Source of the DNA: Nemertoderma westbladi | Lineage: Eukaryota; Animalia; Xenacoelomorpha | Direction of reading: 5' to 3' | Length of the DNA stretch: 34,488 bases | Assembly (NCBI GenBank): GCA_032718475.1 | Contig: JAUCBJ010007876.1 | Coordinates: forward strand, 1 to 34,488 | Part shown: positions 9,617 to 21,081 of the stretch, piece after piece | How the letters are laid out: each line of letters starts with the position of its first letter | Position numbering within the stretch: the stretch's first letter is position 1 | Position numbers and translations under genes: made by a program | Notes under the pieces: model-generated | Database searches by the model: none | What the model saw: the letters and a program-made list of their open reading frames with translations, nothing else | What the model was told of the DNA's origin: nothing

Positions 9617-12133
9617 ACTACTACTATGATCGGCATGCTGCATTGCAGCTGCATTTTTAAGAATGCTGTGCCGGCTTGTCAACAAAATTGCACCGCCACA
9701 ACTCCCTATCACCCATGACATTTGCTAGATCATCCGCATCTTTAAGGCCAGTGTCCTTTAAGATGCGTCTCAAGAAAGTCATGGGCTGTCCACCATGCTT
9801 ATTCACTCCACGAGGCTGCCAAAGTACAAGATTATGCACTGGCTGGTCCTCACGGCGAAAGCAATGTCCTGCAAAGCGGAGGCGATTTTGTTCTAGTGTC
9901 AAGCTTGGGGGAACCAATGAGACACCTCCAATGTTATATAGTGTCTGGTTGGAGATGTGTGCATTGTACTTGACACAATGAACCCGGCGTAGCATTCTTG
10001 TGAATGTGCCATCCAGAGATTTGGTGTCCTCAGCAGTTAGAGCCCAGCATGGACTCCCGTAGAGGAGTACTGGAACTACTGCTGCTCTAAATAATCGGAC
10101 CTTAAGTTTCCGATTAATTCTCGGTGACTTCCAAATCCTGGAAAGCCTATTCAAGGCTGCCCATGCCTTTCCCTTACGTATTCGAAGGTCCTCACCTGAC
10201 TTCCGGATCCATGATCCCAGGTAACAGAAGTCGTCCACATGCTCAAGCATACCATCCTTTGAGCTTATGCTCATCCGATCAGAGACTTGCTGAGGACTTT
10301 CAAAGTTAACTGTCAGAATTTTGGTCTTTCTGGAGTTAATAAAAAGACCAACACTAGAAGCAGCATGTTCTAATGAGCTGAGGAGCCGTTGGACTCCCTC
10401 TAATGATTCTGATAGTACTCCTAAGTCATCAGCAAAGTCTAGATCAGTTAGGTACTTGCCAGGATTTCCTCGACTTCTGGAGCCAGTAGGTGGAGTTATC
10501 ATCACCCCATCATCATTATAATGATCTAAGGACATGCGTAGAACATAGTCAACCACAATAATGAACAAGAATGGTGCAAGTGTGTCTCCTTGGAGGACGC
10601 CCCATAACACTTCAAATGGTTCTGTGTCACCGTCAACAGTAGACACAAATGTTGTCGAACCATCGTATACTGATCTGATTGCTGCAATAATTTCATCAGG
10701 AATCCCATATAATGAAAGTATGCTGAACATACGTGAGCGAGAGACTGAATCAAAGGCCTTGAAGAAGTCAACAAAGATAACAGCCAGATGCCTGTCTTTC
10801 TTTTTTGATAACTCTTCAATTATCCTTCTAAGTGCCAAAATGGGCTCCATGGTCCCACGACCTTTTCGGAACCCATTCTGATTTCCACGGAGCAGTCTCT
10901 CAATGGGATCCCTGATGCGATTTAATAGAATCCTATTGTATAGCTTTGCAGCAATCGAGATCAATGAGATTCCCCGAAAAGAACCATAGAGTGTTAGGTT
11001 GCCCTTCTTGGGAACTGGCACCAACTTATTTGTTTTCATTTCTTGTGGGACTCTTGTTGTTCGGTACATGTCTACTATGATGGGATAGATGAGCTTTAAA
11101 CACTCAGGTATTTTAAAGACCTCAGGGGGAACACCATCTACTCCACTGGCACGATTGGTCTTAATGCTCTTTGCAGCAGCCTTCACTTCTGCAAAGGAGA
11201 TATTGCCAATGGGAATATCTGGGAGTACAGACTCAGACACTTTTACTTCTATAAAGTTATCAGGCAATACCCTGTCATTATTGAGGAGCTTTTCAAAGTG
11301 GGCTTTCCAACCATTGAGGCGATCGGCTGGTGATTCAGCCTTAACCTTGGTGGTTGGTTGGCTTTTCTGCCCAGTAAGCAAGTTGATCGATTTCCATGCC
11401 TGGGATGATTGCCTGCTGTCGTCATCATCATTGATGGCATCAACCTGTTGGTTTATTAGCTCCTGTAGATTAGCAGAGTACTGCCTGTTCAGGGACCTAG
11501 ATGCAGCCTTAACTGCATTCTTGGCCGCTGTAGTCTGTTTGAGTCGGGACTCTTTCTGCGCCTTATGAAGGTCATTTCGGCACTTCTGAATTTTGTTGTC
11601 AGTCCAGGGGGCCCTTTTCCTGTTTCGAGGGTATACAGGAACTGTTTCTGCAGCTGCTAACTTAACTGCTTCTGTAAAGGCAGTATAGCCCTCACAGTGA
11701 TCTGCCGCCTCAGAGGCAAGAGCCTTATACCTGTTGCTCAGCTGTAGTGTGAAGCTGGATCTCACACTTGGCTGTTGCAACAGAGAGGACCAGTCATGCC
11801 GCGGCAAGGCAGATTTCGTTGTTCTGCTAGCACGCAGACTAAGTCTTACCTTGGCCACAATAAGGCGGTGATCACTGGAGAAGGATCGAAGTGTAAATGC
11901 ATTACAGTCTTGTATAGAGCTCCTGTATTTCCTACGAAACAGAATATGGTCTATCTGGGACTTGTGGCCACTGGGTCCACTATGAGTCCATAGCTTTCCA
12001 GTTCGCTTCTTGAACTGGGTTCCAGCCGAAAACAATCCATTTCCAGAGATAAAATCCTGAAGATGGACAGAATTTCGGTTAACACTATTGCTATAGACCC
12101 AGGGCGATGTAGGATGTGGGATATATAGGCGAT
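9617..12133 (-). mobile_element. RTE-clade non-LTR retrotransposon, 5'-truncated copy 1
   Basis: APE-RT ORF; (TAG)n 3' tail; TSD GTGGGATATACT at 9605-9616 and 12134-12145. Confidence 0.9.
9657..12116 (-). CDS. RTE ORF: C-terminal part of the APE endonuclease plus reverse transcriptase (5'-truncated)
   Basis: SQIDHILF and SDHRLI (APE); QNGFR, DFFKAFD, QGDTLAPFLF, FADD and YLGSW (RT). The frame stays open upstream of the TTG at 12035 up to the truncation point. Confidence 0.9.
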   Translation of the reverse strand, partial: HPTSPWVYSNSVNRNSVHLQDFISGNGLFSAGTQFKKRTGKLWTHSGPSGHKSQIDHILFRRKYRSSIQDCNAFTLRSFSSDHRLIVAKVRLSLRASRTTKSALPRHDWSSLLQQPSVRSSFTLQLSNRYKALASEAADHCEGYTAFTEAVKLAAAETVPVYPRNRKRAPWTDNKIQKCRNDLHKAQKESRLKQTTAAKNAVKAASRSLNRQYSANLQELINQQVDAINDDDDSRQSSQAWKSINLLTGQKSQPTTKVKAESPADRLNGWKAHFEKLLNNDRVLPDNFIEVKVSESVLPDIPIGNISFAEVKAAAKSIKTNRASGVDGVPPEVFKIPECLKLIYPIIVDMYRTTRVPQEMKTNKLVPVPKKGNLTLYGSFRGISLISIAAKLYNRILLNRIRDPIERLLRGNQNGFRKGRGTMEPILALRRIIEELSKKKDRHLAVIFVDFFKAFDSVSRSRMFSILSLYGIPDEIIAAIRSVYDGSTTFVSTVDGDTEPFEVLWGVLQGDTLAPFLFIIVVDYVLRMSLDHYNDDGVMITPPTGSRSRGNPGKYLTDLDFADDLGVLSESLEGVQRLLSSLEHAASSVGLFINSRKTKILTVNFESPQQVSDRMSISSKDGMLEHVDDFCYLGSWIRKSGEDLRIRKGKAWAALNRLSRIWKSPRINRKLKVRLFRAAVVPVLLYGSPCWALTAEDTKSLDGTFTRMLRRVHCVKYNAHISNQTLYNIGGVSLVPPSLTLEQNRLRFAGHCFRREDQPVHNLVLWQPRGVNKHGGQPMTFLRRILKDTGLKDADDLANVMGDRELWRCNFVDKPAQHS

Positions 12134-12780
12134 GTGGGATATACTGTAGTGTCGTTATTCAGGTACCTGCCCCCCCCCCCCCCCCCCTGCCCCCAAATTT
12201 TTCTACAAATCTTAATGAGATTGCATGAAATTTGAAACAGAGTTAGTTTCACCTACATCCTCCATAGGCCTATTGGGTGAGCCAGAATATTTATATTTCG
12301 CTTTCATTCTTTAGCTATACAAGTGTTTGAAAAGGTTGTCTCCGTGGTTATTGCACCAGTACACCGCATGTATATTGTATGTTTATTATGTTATGTTATT
12401 ATGTTTAGTATGTTTAGTATGCTTATTAAGCATAATAAAACCCTAAAATAACTTACTGTTTTACACAAATCACCCATTTCCCCGTATGTTAGATTTGTGA
12501 TTATATCTAACAACTCTCAGTACGTAAGCAAATTTATATTATTCTTGTAACTTGCTAGGAATCAAACACTTATTTTTGGCCTTCCGATATACAGTAACTT
12601 CATTCTTAACACAACACAAATATACGGGGTGGTGATTTTGGGCCTTACAATATATGCCAAAAAATTGCTGTGAAACAAATTAGGAATATTTTTCTGATAA
12701 AATTTAGGAAAACTGAATTTTTTAAAAAGTTAGGAATATTTTTTCAAAAAAAATTAGATATATTTTTATTTAGAAAAATA

Positions 12781-12837
12781 TCGAACCCGCGTCTCCCGAT
12801 AAACGTTCAGGTATGCTAACCACTACACCACGGAGGC
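12781..12837 (-). pseudogene. tRNA-derived SINE-like head remnant
   Basis: GTGGTGTAGTGGTTAGC (A box) and GGTTCGA (B box) on the minus strand, truncated after the B box. Confidence 0.55.
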
Positions 12838-13024
12838 TCCTGCATCTTTCCGATTGATTTGCTATAGGTGGTAAGCTACCTTACGGTTGCTATTGAATAC
12901 AGTCCTCCTTACGGATGGATTTAATCTGTATTCTAATACAGTAGCAGTTATGACCTGTACTGCAAACAAATGTTATTGTATATGTGTTTAACATCCATAG
13001 ATTGTATAAATTATTAAGTAATTA

Positions 13025-13669
13025 CTACTACTAGGATCGGCATGCTGCATTGTAGCTGCATTCTTAAGAATGCTGTGCCGGCTTATCAACAAAATTGCAC
13101 CGCCACAACTCCCTATCACCCATGACATTTGCTAGATCATCCGCATCTTTAAGGCCAGTGTCCTTTAAGATGCGTCTCAAGAAAGTCATGGGCTGTCCAC
13201 CATGCTTATTCACACCATGAGGCTGCCAAAGTACAAGATTATGCACTGGCTGGTCCTCACGGCGAAAGCAATGTCCTGCAAAGCGGAGGCGATTTTGTTC
13301 TAGTGTCAAACTTGGGGGAACCAATGAGACACCTGCAATGTTATATAGTGTCTGGTTGGAGATGTGTGCATTGTACTTGACACAATGAACCCGGCGTAGC
13401 ATTCTTGTGAATGTGCCATCCAGAGATTTGGTGTCCTCATCAGTTAGAGCCCAGCATGGACTCCCGTAGAGGAGTACTGGAACTACTGCTGCTCTAAATA
13501 ATCTGACCTTAAGTTTCCGATTAATTCTCGGTGACTTCCAAATCCTGGAAAGCCTATTCAAGGCTGCCCATGCCTTTCCCTTACGTATTCGAAGGTCCTC
13601 ACCTGACTTCCGGATCCATGATCCCAGGTAACAGAAGTCGTCCACATGCTCAAGCATACCAAGCATACC
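13025..13669 (-). mobile_element. RTE-clade LINE, heavily 5'-truncated copy 2 (same family as copy 1)
   Basis: Nearly identical to 9620-10253; (TAG)n tail; 17-bp TSD AAATTATTAAGTAATTA at 13008-13024 and 13670-13686. Confidence 0.93.
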
Positions 13670-14579
13670 AAATTATTAAGTAATTAAACAGGACTAAGGA
13701 TGATCCAACTCTATAGCAAATGGAGCGGCGGGGAATTCGCCACCAGCGGGGATCGAAACATATAAATAAAACATATAAACATATAAATTAATGTGTTATA
13801 TGTGGTTATATGGATCGCACCACGTATAATTTGATTTGATTTTTTTTTACGTCAACAACAAATTATATGCACTAAACAGATAAAATCGCAATGTAAAGCG
13901 AAAAAACGATGAGAAACAACAATGAATATTATATAACTATGCATAGTAGTGTACTGTACATACCTATATGGAACGGTAACATGAGAAATGTTGCACAATT
14001 GCATTAGTTTTAAAACAATGGGTCTCAACTTCACAAGCGTACAGTAGGTAAAATATAATTAATGTAATGTCCAGTATAAACAAGAAGGATATCGTATGTA
14101 GTGAATATAAATGTAAATATGTATGTAAATACTGTACGAGTGTAAATATAATTAATGTAACGTACTGTAAAAACAAGAAGGATAGCGTATGTAGAGACGT
14201 GTGGATGGCCTCTTGAGGTTTCACCTCGTTTCCATGAGGGTCCAGAATAAGACTCGAGTTAAGTAAATATCTATGAATATAATTAGCGGTAAGTATATAA
14301 AAGAGTAAAAAAGCAGATAAAATTGAATTAAATGTAGGTACTGTGGTTTATCAAGAGTAAAAAAAAAACAGATAAAATTGAAATAAAAGGTAGACACTGT
14401 ACAGTACATTCTGTAGATGGGTTGGAACCATAGAACGTAAGTATTGTGTGAACGAAGGTCTAAGCCTGAGTTAATAACAAGAGTAGTATATATTATAAAT
14501 CTAAAATACGTTAAAAATTAAATAAATAGAGAGATATTATCGTATCGGTCGGTCTAAAATTCGTTATAAATTAAATATA

Positions 14580-17500
14580 GAGAAAGACGGATGAGTCGTC
14601 ATCTTCGATCTTAGTCAGTAAGTAGTCCTTCAGTTTATGTTTAAATGTTACCAATGAAGAGATAGTTTGGGACCATAGAAACTGAAAATGGTCTGTCCAT
14701 AAATTGTCTTCCGATCGGGAATCAATGCCCTATCTTGAGAAGAGCGGAGACCGCTTCGTCCTTCATTGACAGTATGACCATGTCGTTCATGTACTCTGGC
14801 GAGAGGCAGTTTCTGACTCTAAATATGTGTGATAAAATTACTGATTACACTCGCTCGCGGAGGGGAAGCCAGTTGATTGCAACATAATGTGTAGCGATGG
14901 ATACGAGGGCCGCAACATAATGTGTAGCGATGGATACGAGGGCCAAGACCCAGGCAGAAACGGATGCATTTTCTTCGAAGGGCTTCAACATTAGTTCGAA
15001 ATTTCTTTGTGATGGTGAAAAACCAAGTGGAAGCAGCATAGTCAATGTGTGGCTGGATGAGTGAGTTGCAAAGTAGTCGTCTAAGGGAGCGGTCGAGGAT
15101 GGCACCATGTTGATGAAGGAAGCGTAGACGCGAGTTACCCTTTTTTAATACTCTAAGCACAATTTCCATACAAGAAAGGGATTAATTTAAGGTGGCTCCT
15201 AGGTAGGTTACTGCTTTCTTTGTAGATATACGGTTTCCATTGCAGTATACCTCTAAGGGATACGGTGCAGCTGCTAATCTCCGATGAGTTCAAAATAAAA
15301 TACATTCGGTTTTCTCAAAGTTAATACTCAGTCTGTTGTCAAGGCACCAGTCTGATACTTTGTTCATGGTGGAAGATAGTGTTGACGATATTGCCTGAAC
15401 ACAGCTATTGGCAGTGAGGAGACCAACATCATCGGCAAATTTAGGGGGCAGGATGGAATCGTCATAGGTTGGAGTTGCTACAGGGGAGGAGTCTGGGATC
15501 GAACAGGCTGAGCGACAGACGTCTTTACTGTTCATGGATGAAGGTAATATTTGGTCAAAGTCGTTAGTTGCTAAACCAAATAACAATACTGCCAATATTG
15601 CGCCTTGAGGCACACCATCATCGACTACCTGTGGAGTTGAAGTAGCAGTACCAATGTCGACGTATTGCATCCGACCGTTTAGGTACGATTTAAACCAATT
15701 CTGTGTAGCTGGGTCGGCACCTATAGCTCTCAGTTTTTGTATTATGATGCCATGGTTTAGAGTATCAAACGCTTTGCGAAAATCAATCAGTATCATACCA
15801 GTTAGTAGGCCATGGTCGATTGCTTCTCTGATGTAGTTATCAACCAATAAGAGTGTTGTATCAGTGGAGAACATAGGTCGAAATCCAGACTGGAACTTAT
15901 TCATAAGGTGTTTTGAAGTTACATAGAAAAACATTTGGTCATATGCAATGCGTTCAAGTATTTTCGACAGTATTGGAAGGTTGGAAAGGGGCCTGTTATT
16001 ACCGCTGATTATCACTGGACCTTTTTTATGGGCAGGGACTACACGAGCTATTTTATAGTTATCAGGAAAGATTGAAGATGAGATAGACAAGTTGACTAAG
16101 TGGGTAAACGGTTTTATCAGCGCAATTGCCCCATCACTGATTATGCGTGAAGGGATACCATCAGGGCCTCCAGCTTTACAGGGGTCAATCTTAGAGAATA
16201 TTTTGGCAACGTCATCCTCTTCAACTGGGTGCAAGCTGAACGCGTTCTCCGTTACTCCGAGTCCCTTGTAGTATTCCAATGTAGATTCAAAGCCATAACG
16301 GCCTGGTGGTTTAGGCATTGCTGATACTAGTTCTTTTGCAATATTAGTGAAGTAGGTATTGAGGTGCTCGCAGACTTTCGATGGATCATGTGAAATTTCG
16401 CCATCAATTAAAAGGCTTTTAGTGGTTGTCTTGGAGTGGGCTCCTTGCTTTCTAGTAGGAGGACCGATAGTCTTAAGAACTTTCCACAGTTTCTTGCTAT
16501 CACCAGTTGCATTTTTCAATTGTAGACTAATGTACGATACCTTTTTACATTTTATGAGGTTGGTTGCTTTGTTTCTTAGGACTCTAAAGGCCTCCTGGTT
16601 TAGGAGTGTTCTTTCATTGTGGAATTTGAGAGAGGCTCTATTGCGGGCGATGATTGCGTCTTTCACCTCCCTATCAACCCATGGTTGTGAGAAAGATTTT
16701 ATGCGGCATTTCCGAAAAGGAGCAATTTCATCTAAAATACTTGTTAACACATTATCCACTATGGTTGCTGCAGTATTGACATCTGTTGTATATGGCAAAT
16801 CTTGTAGGGATGTATTATTTGTCAGTTTTTCGAGCAATATCTCTTTGGAGTAAGTTGAGTAAGAACGGCAGTTACTAGTCAGGGGAATAGCTGGTTTTGG
16901 TTTTTGTCTTTTTCTTGTAACAAAAATTATGTAGTGGTCACTTAGACGTTCCTTAATAACTCCACTGCTTGTAATCATATTTGGTTGCGAAACAAAGGCA
17001 TGGTCAATTAATGTGGCTGTAGAAGCTGTGACCCGAGTTGCTTCAGTTATTAACTGGCAGAGACCAAGTGCATTGGTGAAGCTGTATAGGCTTTGCAGGA
17101 GGCCATCGATAGCAAGGAGGGGTGGTATGCATTTGTAGTTACCTAACAGGTCTATGTTAGTATCCCCCAGAATGATTATCTCACCGTATTTTGAGGTATC
17201 GCCAAGGAATGAGACCAGATTGTCAAACATATTTTTGTCACTGTCGGGTCGGTATACCACACCAAGCAGAATTGTCTTTGTGCTAGGTAATGATAGTTCA
17301 CCAAATAGAACCTCAGATGTGCAATTGTAACTCCATTCTAGAACATCAAATACAAGACTTGAGTTGATATAGATAGCGACTCCACCTCCATTTCTATTCC
17401 TATCGCGCCGAAAGATATTATATCCAGGAATACCAATTTCGGCATTAGTGATAGAATCATCAAGCCATGACTCAGAAATCATGAGAATATCAATTGAGCC

Positions 17501-17656
17501 TGGTTCTAATATACATTTTAGTTCGGGAATCATAGGAAGCAAGCTGCGTATATTAGCATGGGCTACATGGACTCCCCTGGAGTCAAACTGACTCAACCAT
17601 TCATAGAGAGGAGGATAAGGAGAATCTTTTGGGTCAACATAGTGGCGCGGTGATAG
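14580..17656 (-). pseudogene. LINE ORF2 (APE endonuclease + RT), disabled
   Basis: HANIRSL, ISESWL, GDTNID, SDHY, QSGFR, DFRKAFD, GVPQG and FADD motifs. Premature TGA at 15292-15290, a further stop, a frameshift and a 33-bp duplication (14879-14944). Confidence 0.88.
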
Positions 17657-18895
17657 TCAATCTAAAATATCAAATGGGTTTTGTGGACTTCCATTTGCAG
17701 CTGTTGTTTGGAGGTGTTGCCGTCTTGAGAATTGTTCACGACGCTTGACTCGTTGTTTATATGCAAGTTGTCGCTCGAACTCGGATAAGTCTCTATTGAA
17801 ATATATACGCTCTTGATTGACAGTAAAGTACCGTTTTGCAATTAAGTTAGATGCATCAGCCTCGGTGTTAAATGATAGTAATACAGGTCGAGACCGTCCA
17901 TCATCCCTTTTCTTACCAAGACGTGTAATTGTTCGGAAGTGTAGCTTCTCGCCTAGAGCTTTCTCGAGAAAAGCACTGTCACAATGATGTTGATCTTCCA
18001 TGTTGCTCCCTGATAGGTCACCAGGCATTTTATTGATAATGACATTGAACTTCCTCATTGCATTTTGCTTGATAATTTTTTCAACTCCAGCTGCATTGAA
18101 TTCTCTGGTGATGTTTGTAGGGTTGGAAATTTTGTCGTTGATCGTCTTTAATTCTTCACAGTTTTTCTTTACCATGTCTGCCCATGTTGGGGTACAGTCA
18201 GATGGCTTTAATTCATGTACAATTGCTGAAAGATCATCCATACGACGAGTTGAGTCGACCTTGAAAGCGTCAGTATTTTCAAACCTGTATTGTAGTTCGG
18301 CCAGTTTATTTGTTGTCGCAACTTGGAATGAATCAATCTTATTTGTTAAGGTTGCATCGAGTTCATTTATTGTTGAAGTAAGTTGTGATGTATCGTTGCG
18401 AACATCATTCGTTAAGTTTCTCAGATGGACTAGTTGTTTCGATAGGTTGCTGTTGTCTATCAGTAGGGTAGCTTGATCAGCTTCCAACTTTTCAATCTTT
18501 TGAGCAGAACACACACCGCAAAGAAAGTTTTGTGAGGATATGTCAAGCTCAACAGCCACCTGCGTTTCAATTTCAGTCCAGGTAATTTGGCAGATGGAGC
18601 ATTCAATCTTTGTGGTGATCCATTCTCTCGGTTTTGCTTTTTTCCTCTGCGATACTGTGGAAATTGTGTTCGCAGATGCACAGTAACCATCAGTAGATGT
18701 CCGTTGGGACATTGTGTTATTTTGTTTGGTTTTATTGGTGGTGTTCCCAGCCGAAGTTCGCGTTGCTGTAGATTTTGACGAACCGATTAGGGATACTCTT
18801 CTGTTGCTTGGAGAGCTGGTCTGCCTATCAATTGTGGCACTGGCAGTCGACATCTTGTATTGTAACCCGGATTGAATATCTTTAGACTTATTCAA
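17657..18895 (-). CDS. LINE ORF1 protein (degenerate PHD-like Cys motif, coiled coil, RRM-like C-terminus)
   Basis: CSIC...FLCGVCS, heptad region, RLGKK..RPVLLSF and IYFNRDLS..ER, typical of CR1/L2 ORF1. Start codon uncertain. Confidence 0.85.
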   Translation of the reverse strand: MNKSKDIQSGLQYKMSTASATIDRQTSSPSNRRVSLIGSSKSTATRTSAGNTTNKTKQNNTMSQRTSTDGYCASANTISTVSQRKKAKPREWITTKIECSICQITWTEIETQVAVELDISSQNFLCGVCSAQKIEKLEADQATLLIDNSNLSKQLVHLRNLTNDVRNDTSQLTSTINELDATLTNKIDSFQVATTNKLAELQYRFENTDAFKVDSTRRMDDLSAIVHELKPSDCTPTWADMVKKNCEELKTINDKISNPTNITREFNAAGVEKIIKQNAMRKFNVIINKMPGDLSGSNMEDQHHCDSAFLEKALGEKLHFRTITRLGKKRDDGRSRPVLLSFNTEADASNLIAKRYFTVNQERIYFNRDLSEFERQLAYKQRVKRREQFSRRQHLQTTAANGSPQNPFDILD

Positions 18896-19787
18896 TACAG
18901 TATAATCCGCAGTATCAACAGATCAAATGAATATCCTTAATCTTCTTCAATATAGTTTACTATTGTATCGCAGCAACTCAACTCCAAGTATCAATAAATC
19001 AATATAAATAAACAATATTATAATAATAATAAATATATTTATAATTTAAGTTAATTACCTGATTTTGTAGAACACCACCAGACCACCATAACAACTATAT
19101 ACGTTCGCTCCAGATCATAGATAAAACGATATGTTCGAGCGTTTAAGATAATTTTCACCATCAATTTTTATTATCACAGAAATCTTGCTTAAGTTCGCCA
19201 AACAGGTTAGTAACTTCGGATATAAATCAGACTAGCGCGGCGTATGACCCACCTGTAATGGGAGCTTGAAATATATCGGCTGACCAAAAATGGGTTGTTT
19301 AGGTATCATTCGATTGATTCTCGCTGTATAATTCCTAAAAATTATGTTCACTTAAGGGATAGTATTAACAGTTCCGTTTCAGGTGTTGTGTTCTAGATAA
19401 CAAACAGGTCTCTGACTTATGGTGATTACAACAGATTATTACTAAGAATCATAGTTTTGTCACATCCTTTAGGGATGTGGTATTATGGATCCGACTGAAA
19501 TACACCCTTGCCTGTGACCTGATTTACTGACTTGGGACAATTTTGCTCATGAATAAGATATTTTCATGCACACCAATGGGTTGTGAACTGAGAATGCTAA
19601 TTAACCGCCCTTTAGCTTACCTCGTTAAATATGAATATAAACAGGTTCGAAGTTATGTGGTAGTAATGTTGCAGAATCTCATATCATTACCAAATACATA
19701 AATTAACCATCAAATATAACAAATTAACGGTTACAATATTAAGTCAGTACAATTCAGTGTGTCAGTATTTAGAGTGCATAACAGTAC

Positions 19788-21068
19788 TGTAAAAGCTTCT
19801 GTGGGATATAACTGGCCCCTTTGCTTCGCAATCCAGTTTCCCCCCAGGCGCTGGAATACTCTAAAAAGGTTCTCTAACTGTATATATATTCCCCTCGCCC
19901 GCAAGGTACCGTTACAGGTGTTTTAACGGACATAAAAGTCATTCTGCTATATACGTGTTTTAGCGGACATGGTAAGGCAAAAAACCTGCAATGCACCAAA
20001 TACCTTTCACAGCTTAGCCGTGATGATTCATATTACGACATCTAACAGCTGGTTGCTGACATGGAAACAGCCATTGGATGCATGGTTCTTTGTTTGGCTT
20101 GAGCCAATCAGAGCGTTTTTTCCTGTCGACGTGTAGCTTTTCGGCCGATCATAAGGAGAGTGTTCAGTCTTACTGTTTTTACTTGTTACTTTGTTGTTAT
20201 TGCTGTCTAAGCCAGAAACACCGGCCTTTTGGGAAGAACTCTAGTAAACTGCTTGAATTATCGAAAGTATAAACTGTTACCTCATTAACTAATGAAACTC
20301 ATTAACTTACCTTAATTAATTAATCAATCGAACCGAGAGACAGCATTAACTCACTTAATTTAATTGCATTAATCATATTGTTTGTACTGTTATTTTACCG
20401 TCAGTTATTAATTGTACCTATTTGTTGATGGAAATATTGCTCTTTGGATAATACGGATAAATCACCCAAATTCCCAATTTTCTTGATACACTACAGTTTA
20501 GAGAGACCGGCTATACATAACAATTGCGATTTATATTAATGTGGTGTGTATTGAATCCAATGTTATTTAGCAGACCCTACGTGAGTCAATTGCTGCTCTC
20601 TTTATGTGTGATCAAATATACTGACGGTCGGCAGAATAGTGTGTATGATTGTGATTGGTAACAAAGTATTTCCTAAAGAATACGCTTTATGCTTCAATCA
20701 TAAGCAGTATCGTTGCGTTTTAGTATAAGTCTTAGTTCTGTTTAAATAGATAAAGCGCCACGTCCTAAAGGAACTGTTAATATTTCCCGAAAGGCAATAA
20801 TATCTGTCAGAAATTAATTATTAACGATCTATCGAATAATACAGTAAGTTTACACTGCAACCTTACACTGCAATAATAAAATTTAAGCATCCGAATTCAG
20901 CCTCCCGGGTGTAGATCCATCGGGTGAATGATCGCGCATGGGCTGACTTCGGCTAATGTTTTGTGTATTAGCATAAATTGTTGTCGTATGCTAAAGGTGT
21001 TTTAATTAACTAAAAGACATATAAATTTTGGCAGGTTAAACTGCTAAAGGTCTTCAAAAGCGCGAACA
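19788..21068 (+). repeat. 5' LTR (1281 bp)
   Basis: Starts TGTAAAAG, ends GCGAACA; by eye about 4 substitutions and one 22-to-4 nt replacement relative to the 3' LTR. Confidence 0.97.
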
Positions 21069-21081
21069 GTAACAGTTTATA
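21069..21081 (+). promoter_or_regulatory. Non-tRNA primer-binding site candidate (GTAACAGTTTATA)
   Basis: Abuts the 5' LTR, lacks the TGG of tRNA PBSs, and is the exact reverse complement of LTR 20268-20280. Confidence 0.6.

Larger units (their letters stand above)
14200..19100 (-). mobile_element. Near full-length L2/CR1-group (Crack/L2-like) LINE; ends approximate
   Basis: ORF1 plus APE-RT ORF2; post-RT motifs LCNSLIQPHIDYA and INWLPLRERV; AT-rich 3' UTR. No TSD identified. Confidence 0.8.

Noticed and set aside
9676-18778. Plus-strand ORFs opposite the LINE ORFs, and minus-strand ORFs opposite gag (24331-26532)
   Set aside because: Antisense shadows of real coding frames with no recognisable motifs.
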